Origin: Cetorhinus maximus
Taxonomy: Eukaryota
Reading direction: 5' to 3'
NCBI RefSeq assembly: GCF_964194155.1
Contig: NC_135916.1
Location: 1,488,001 to 1,552,000 of the forward strand
DNA length: 64,000 nt
The position numbers and the translations under genes are program-made. The notes beneath the pieces were generated by a model. The model searched no databases. It was given only the letters and a program-made list of their open reading frames with translations, and was not told the origin of the DNA. This document shows positions 55,738-64,000 of this stretch, in pieces (positions within the stretch are counted from its first letter, which is position 1; each line of letters starts with the position of its first letter).

Positions 55738-56394
55738 ATGACCGATACTGCAGCCGCCGAAACGGCTCCTCCAGCCGCTCCCGCCGCCCAGGTCAAGACT
55801 CCCAAGAAGAAGAAGAAGGCGGCTCCCCGGAGCAGTGCAGCCGGTCCCAAGCTGGGCGAGCAGATCCTCAAGGTGGTGGCGGATTGCAGCGATCGCAAGG
55901 GGATGTCGCTGCCCGCGATCAAGAAGGCGCTGCGCGGCAATGGGGTGGATGTGGAGAAACTGGGCTCCCAGATCAAGCAAAGCATCAAGAGGAATGTGAA
56001 GAATGGCTTCCTGGTTCAGGTCAAGGGCACGGGCGCCTCGGGCTCCTTCAAAGTCCCTAAGAACACAACCCCGGGGAAAGTGGGAAAGAAGGCGAAGGCA
56101 GCAGCTGGCAAGAAATCTCCAGTGAAGAAAGCGGCAGCCAAGAAGGTGACAGCAAAGAAAGCAGCGGCCAAGAAAACTCCAGTCAAGAAAGCACCGGCCA
56201 AGAAAACTCCAGTCAAGAAAGCAGCGGCCAAGAAATCCCCAGCGAAGAAAGTAGCGGCCAAGAAAACAGCCAAGAAGGCGGCAACTCCCAAAAAGCCGGT
56301 GAAGAAAGCAGCCCCCAAGAAAAAGTCTCCGGCCAAGAAGGTGTCGGGCGTCAAAAAAGTGGCGATAGGGAGGGCCAAGCCCAAAGGGAGATAA
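55738..56394 (+). CDS. H1: Linker histone H1
   Basis: 218 aa; stem-loop 56452-56467. Confidence 0.97.
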   Translation: MTDTAAAETAPPAAPAAQVKTPKKKKKAAPRSSAAGPKLGEQILKVVADCSDRKGMSLPAIKKALRGNGVDVEKLGSQIKQSIKRNVKNGFLVQVKGTGASGSFKVPKNTTPGKVGKKAKAAAGKKSPVKKAAAKKVTAKKAAAKKTPVKKAPAKKTPVKKAAAKKSPAKKVAAKKTAKKAATPKKPVKKAAPKKKSPAKKVSGVKKVAIGRAKPKGR

Positions 56395-57275
56395 GCAAAG
56401 ACAGAAAAGAAGGGAAAGATCCCGAGCAAATTGTAAACCTCTAAACCCTAAGGCTCTTTTCAGAGCCGCGCACATTTCACATGAAAGAGCTGATCCCCTA
56501 ATCATTTGATCCCTGTCTCGGAGCTGGGAGCTGATTTCAGATGGAAATGTTTCTTTATCCTTCCACTTAAATCCCATTTTCCCGCTGACTCACTGACACA
56601 CTCTCCACCCGTCCCCTCCCGCACTGTGCAATAAGACACAGGGATATCCTTACAGCTCCCTAACCGGGATGTGTCCCAGTGCATTCAATGTTTATCTTTT
56701 CTTTATTCACATTTGCAGGGTGAGAGTCTGCAATGGAGTGAGCACCGCTCAAATGTCCCGTCTCACAACTAAGGCCCATACCTGTTGTTTCTCTAATTCT
56801 GTTGGAAGAGATGTTAGCGAATTTCTCAATCCCTTTATTTCATTGTGGAGGGGAGGGGTCGGGGGATAGTCTAGAGTTGTGTTGGTATAGAATAGGAGAG
56901 GGATTGAAATAGACGTAAACATTTGACGCTTAATAGAATTGCAGTATCGAGGGGGGGATATTACTGAGAGGATTGGATTTAATAAATTCGATTTTCGAGC
57001 TAGCTGGTTAATGATGTTGAAGTATTTCAGTTACGTTTAAAGCTCTTTGTTCAATTCTCTTCAGAATTTGATAAATAAATGTATTTCGGGCAGGCAGGAG
57101 GAAGAGCTGGTTTAACAAAGAGGTTGTTCTGTCTGTCACTCAGTCTCTCCCGCCCCGCCTCTCTCACACACTCTCTCTCTCTCTCTCACTCTCCCTTCCT
57201 CAGTCAGGTCGGGGCGGGCTGTATAAAAGCGGAACCTGAAGCAGCTCCCCACTCATTCAGCAGCGATTTGACTGA

Positions 57276-57596
<321 letters not shown>

Positions 57597-58174
57597 ACAA
57601 ATCGACCCGACCCTATAACAAAACCCAAAGGCTCTTCTAAGAGCCGCCCACAACCTCACATTGAGAGCAGTGACCTTGGAGAGGGAAAGCGATATGTAGT
57701 TCATAAAAACATCTTTTTCATCTGCGCATTCTCCATTCGCTATACTATAGTGAGTTACACAAGGTTTCATGGTTTAATTTCGTTCGATTTTCAGGAATTC
57801 GCTTCCTTTCAATCTCCAGAAACTCGATTCCCAGCCTGGCTGAGGAACACGACAGATTCCAAAATAACACCGAGTTCACAAGATAAAGGCCATCATTTAT
57901 TACACTTTGATCAGGAGTAACTATTTTGAGACACATTATTTTCGCTTCTTCGCACTATTTTCACCCGGTCTTTTTTTTCTTCGCTTTCTCTTCCTGAGTC
58001 TTTGAAACATGACAGGACCTGGGAGGTATCTGTAGATGAGCTTTATATGGATCAGCCTGTATCGATGCAGCATGTTGACTGGTTCCAGGAAGCACGTTGT
58101 TTAAGAGCTTTATTCAGGCCTGTTTCAGAGCGATCAATACAATAATGCGAATTTAAAAGGGAATGGAAGGCAAA

Positions 58175-59205
58175 TCTCAGGAGGTCTGGCAGCAGCGGCG
58201 GAGATGAAAAGAGTTGACATTTCGAGTCCTCATGACCCTTCAACAGAACTGAGTATAGTTAGGAGAGGGGTGAAATATAAGCTGGTTTAAGGTGGGGGGG
58301 CGGGGGGAGAGATAAGTTGAGGGTGGGGGGGCGTTGTAGGGACAAGCAAGCAGTGATAGGAGCAGATAATCGAAAGATGTCACAGACAACAGTAATAAAG
58401 AGTTGTTGAAGGTGACGATATCTAAACGAATGTGCTAATTACGAATGGATGGCAGGACACTCAAGGTACAGCTCTAGTGGGGGTGGGGTGGAAAGACTAA
58501 CAGGGCATAAAAGGTATAAATTTAAAAATAATGGAAATAGGTGAGAAAAGAAAAATCTATATAAATTATTGGAAAAATCAAAAGGAATGGGGAAGAAATG
58601 GAACGGGGGTGGGGATGGAGGAGAGAGTTCAAGTTCTAAAGTTGTTGAATTCAATATTCAGTCCGGAAGGCTGTAAAGTGCCTAGTCGGAAGATGAGGTG
58701 CTGTTCCTCCAGTTTGCGTTGGGCTTCACTGGAACAATGCAGCAAGCCAAGGACAGACATGTGGGCAAGAGAGCAGGGTGGAGTGTTAAAATGGCAAGCG
58801 ACAGGGAGGTTTGGGTCTTTCTTGCGGACAGACCGCAGGTGTTCTGCAAAGCGGTCGCCCAGTTTGCGTTTGGTCTCTTCAATGTAGAGGATACCGCATT
58901 GGGAGCAACGAATGCAGTAGACAAAGTTAGGGGAAAAGCAAGTGAAATGCTGCTTCACTTGAAAGGAGTGTTTGGGCCCTTGGACGGTGAGGAGAGAGGA
59001 AGTGAAGGGGCAGGTGTTGCATCTTTTGCGTGAGCAAGGGGACGTGCCGTAGGTGGGGGTTGAGGAGGAGGGGGTGATGGATGAGTGGACCAGGGTGTCC
59101 CGGAGGGAACGATCCCTACGGAATGCCGCCGGGGGGGGGTGAATGGAAGATGTGTTTGGTGGTGGCATCATGCTGGATTTGGCGGAAATGGCGGAGGAAT
59201 GATGC
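58175..59205 (-). mobile_element. Penelope-like element, same insertion as 25648-26672
   Basis: ORF 58629-59171 with GIY-YIG region; same junctions. Confidence 0.88.
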
Positions 59206-59543
59206 CTACGGCCATCAATCGGTCAGGGGATGAAAGAATTTAATCTGCGTTCAAAAGCAGGAAGTCGGAGCTGTTTCCGAAATGGGTCTCGCAAACATTG
59301 AGACCTTGTGATATTTCCACTTTGAGATTTATTTTATCTGCCTTCAAACTTGCTTTATTTCAATGTCAGTTACTCGTCCCTCTGAAATTGGCGGGCGTTT
59401 TGAAATTGATGAACTGTCAGTTTCTGCCCCACCAATCAGGGCCCAGAAATCAATGCAGCCCCGCTGCTCTTTTCAAATTTCTGGGCGGGATTGCGCTGCA
59501 TCCAATCAGGACAGGAGGGAGGTGACGGACATGTCTTAAATAG

Positions 59544-60011
<468 letters not shown>

Positions 60012-60522
60012 ACTGACCCTTCCCGACTCTAGACTTACCACGAGAACCACAAAGGCTCTTTTAAGAGCCACCAAGTCGGTCAGAGAAAGAGCTGCGATCA
60101 ATTGTTAAAAACTCCAGCACCTAAAACCCACAAACCTACAATTTATTTTCTTTCCTTTTGATTATCCTGTTCCCTCCCTCTGCTGCATTTGGGGTTATGG
60201 GGTGATTCCGTTTATATTTGTTTGTAATTTTACATCATTTTATTGGAAATGGGATGAGTTAATTATTCAAAGAACGTTTCCCTGAACATTGGCAATTGGT
60301 CATATATAGATGCAGCACAGACTTTTCATGTCTGGAAAAGGCAACAGCACCAGCGTCTCGTTGTAACCAGCGCTTTCACAGATCGCATGAGAAATATAAT
60401 GTCATTCCGAATCGATAGGGATGTTATCGCGCATCCGGATAGACAACAGGTCGCCCCTTTCACTGATTAAGTGAGTGGCTCTGAAAAGAGCCTTTGGGTT
60501 CTCAGTTTAAAGAATGGTCGCT

Positions 60523-60966
<444 letters not shown>

Positions 60967-61441
60967 TCAGTTCTCTTATACCCTCAGGAGGAATGGTGGT
61001 GCGCTCAGAGCTGATTGGTTAATTGTAATATTCTTAAGATTATCGTCAAATTTTTCACATTGCCAATCAGATCTCTGCCTGACTCACCAATCTGGAGTCG
61101 CCACGAAATTGAATTCGGAAAGAAAGAGCGCCAAATCGTCAGTTACTAACCGATTATAAATTTCATATTTGAAACTACCGCCAAATAATAGATCAAATGA
61201 TAAATCGCACTTAAATCGGAATAGCTAATTCAGTTTTCAGACTAAAAATGTAATATTCACTCAATCTCTCTCTAATTTGTCTGGTCTGCAGTTTACCTGT
61301 ATCTGTTAATTTCTGATTGGGAGTGCGGAGTTTCATGTATCTGACATCAAGCGGAAATTCAAGGCCCCAATTTAACAGATTCTAATCCTTCGTTTTATTC
61401 AATATTGAAAATCCCGCCGGCACATTTGTAAAACGAGGAGC

Positions 61442-64000
61442 TAATTTCATGCAGAAAATCGCCGTTACAGTTAACACAGTCAGTTCCAAACTATTAAAAG
61501 TTAGGCCTCCCTTATTGTACTATATCATCTTTAAACGCAAATACCTCACTCGCTTTTAAAACCAGGAATCCATTCGTGTTTAAACTCGGACCTTTTTGCA
61601 GTCCTAACAGCCGGCGGAATTTCACGTTTACCGAGTGCTGCGGTTAAGCAATATCAGACTGGATGTACAAGTGTGATATTATTTTAAAATATTAAAATTA
61701 CATTATAATATTGTATCCAGATTGCAGGTTATTAATTCACTCCAATTTGAAGTGGTTCCGAATGAGTATTTATCTTGTTGCACGACTCGTGTTCGGTCTG
61801 CAGATGGAGCCAGGTCACAATAACTTGCACCTTATCGTTTCTGAACACACGTCGAGAAGCAACGGGCCTAATGCTGCTCTTGGAACTTGCCGAGCTCGCC
61901 TCCGCCCCCCGTTAAAGAGGCAATGGTAGTGGCCAACTCATCGCCCTCCATACTGATCGGAACAAGCTGTTATATTCTGCACTTGCTGTTTTCTGCATTG
62001 GAATAGTGACTTTAGCTCTGAACCTCTCCGTCACTGCAATTCATTTATGCATTTTATTCTATAGCTGTCAGGGCCTGGAAGTGACTGTGAGGTGGACTTT
62101 GCTTCTGCTGCCATCAGCTTTTGACAAGCTGTAAAAATGCCAGATTCATTCCGTGTGTATCAGTCTCTGGTGCTACACACGAAAGGTGTTACCCTTCAGC
62201 ACCTGTCAGTTTGTGGTACTGTGTATGACTGCAGGATTAATACTCTAAATTTCAGTTTTGTCTCCCTTGCGGTGTAGAATTCATTTCATTTCACAATTTC
62301 TGTTTAGGATTGAGAAATTGTGTATTTCATTATGTCCTGTCGCTATCCGTGTACTGTGATCGAGTTAATTTTGCACTAAGCAGTAATCTTGTATTATAGG
62401 TGGATTTAATTGTACCTCTGTGTATCGCTAAGTATCTCTTATGTACTCAAGAGTGGGATTAATTCTATGCCCTGGTGCAATCAGTGAGAGTGAATTCCAT
62501 TTGAATCTGTCAATATCTGGAAATTAATGTGTGGTTCAAAGAGATACTGATTGATTCAACATCTTTGAGTGAGAGTTGTTTTGTGTTCGTCAATCTGTGG
62601 CATGTTATGTGACTGTGGGTTTCCTCTGTGTCTTTTTGACTGTTTTTCCTTTTTTTGTCGTGTGTGTGTGCGTGTTTGTGTCTGTGTGTGTGTGTGTGTT
62701 TGTGTGTTCGTGTTTGTCTGTATCTGTGTTTGTGTGTGTGTGTGTGTTTGTGTGTGCGCGTGTTTGAGTGTGTGGCTCTATCTCTGCATTTAATTTTCTG
62801 CTATTTTGTTTGTGGTTGGATAAATGCTTTGTTTGTCCTAGGTGCACCTGTGTTTAAGTATTTGTGTGCGTGTGTTTGTGTATGTATGCAAGAGATCTTG
62901 TGCGCATGTGTGTTTATGTATGTGTGTGTGAGTTTGCTTTGCATGTGTGTCTGTGTGTGTTAGAGCATGACTCTGCGAGTGTGTGAGTGTTTGTGTGGGA
63001 TTGTGCAGGACTCATTTCCCATTTGTCTTCGTCCGGTACAGGATGTAGTTTTGGAATTAATTTACATGAAATTTAAGTGTCAATCCTGTGAACGTCACCT
63101 ATGGTGGAATTAATTCCCTATATCTCAGTGATTGTACCGATCGTGTATCTCAAATTTGTGCTCTGTGTATATTTTTCCTTTATTGTACATGTGTAGCTTT
63201 CTCCTGTACCAAATATGTATCCCATGCATGTGTGTGAAATCTATTTCTTCAATGCGTTAATCTATTACTGTTTCCCGGCTCTGCTGCAGATTTAGACATG
63301 AAACTTTGTATTTAACAAAGACAGGTTTTATTCATTTGTTTTGTTTGAATTAAGGTATAGCATTCAGGCTGCAACTCGGCAAAAGTCTTTGTGAATGATA
63401 ATGAGACCCTTGAAATTACATGCTGTGTACCTCATATCTGATTGATTCAGTTTGTAACGATTTTACGTTATGAATCATAGTGAGCATATTGACCTGGAAC
63501 GTGTTGTTTATTCATGCTGTACTAATTAAAATTACACTTTCTCCTTATTTCAGATATGGCATGAGATCTTTTGAGGGGAATTTAACGTGCCCCCAGACTC
63601 TTGGTCTTTGGTACGGGCTGTTATGTTTTAATTATCAACTTACATATTTTGATGAATTTTCACGTGTAATTTTACTGTAGTTATCAACATCTGATCTCTC
63701 TGTACCCAATCTCTTCTTATTTTGAAAAGTCGGTTATGGAAAAATTGATTTTATTCTGCACCTCTCTATCTCTGGTATGTGTCTGTGGTTTTATAATGTG
63801 GGTGTCTGCCCCTGTTACGAGAATCCAGCTTTCTTCTGTATCTGTCAGTGCCCCCTATGAGAGTGGTGATATGTTATTGACTGTACTTGTCAATATCGGC
63901 TTTATGAGTGCGGCAGCGCCCCGAAGCCGAATTTCACATTGGGAACACATGAACAATCGTCCTGATTGATCACTTTTTAATCGTTAGCAGTGGCCTCCTT
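61442..64000 (+). repeat. Close paralog of spacer 9195-11790
   Basis: Near-identical colinear sequence; ORF track translations match (9464/61711, 11266/63480, 11522/63736). Confidence 0.9.

Overview
Vertebrate genomic DNA, most likely a cartilaginous fish (inferred from the CR1, Penelope and SacSINE-like repeat content). It holds a replication-dependent histone gene array of four diverged tandem units, with H4 starts about 22, 17 and 15 kb apart. The unit layout is H1(+) H4(+) H3(+) H2A(-), then a long T/G-rich spacer. No H2B gene is visible. Intact genes: 4 H4, 4 H3.2, 3 H1 and 2 H2A, all with a 3' stem-loop and downstream element. Unit 1 has no H1 CDS in the window (inversion breakpoint). 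Unit 3 has lost its H2A CDS. Unit 2 H2A is broken at its start codon by a 424-bp GC-rich, poly(A)-tailed retroposed insert with a 34-bp target-site duplication, a candidate histone-gene-targeting retroelement and the top finding. Each complete spacer also carries a conserved NRF1-motif promoter with conserved splice signals, suggesting a spliced non-coding minus-strand transcript aimed at H2A. The Penelope-like elements carry minimal hammerhead ribozyme motifs with a variant core. CR1 LINE fragments, two SINEs, a solo LTR and one assembly gap are also present. Repeat boundaries were estimated by eye.
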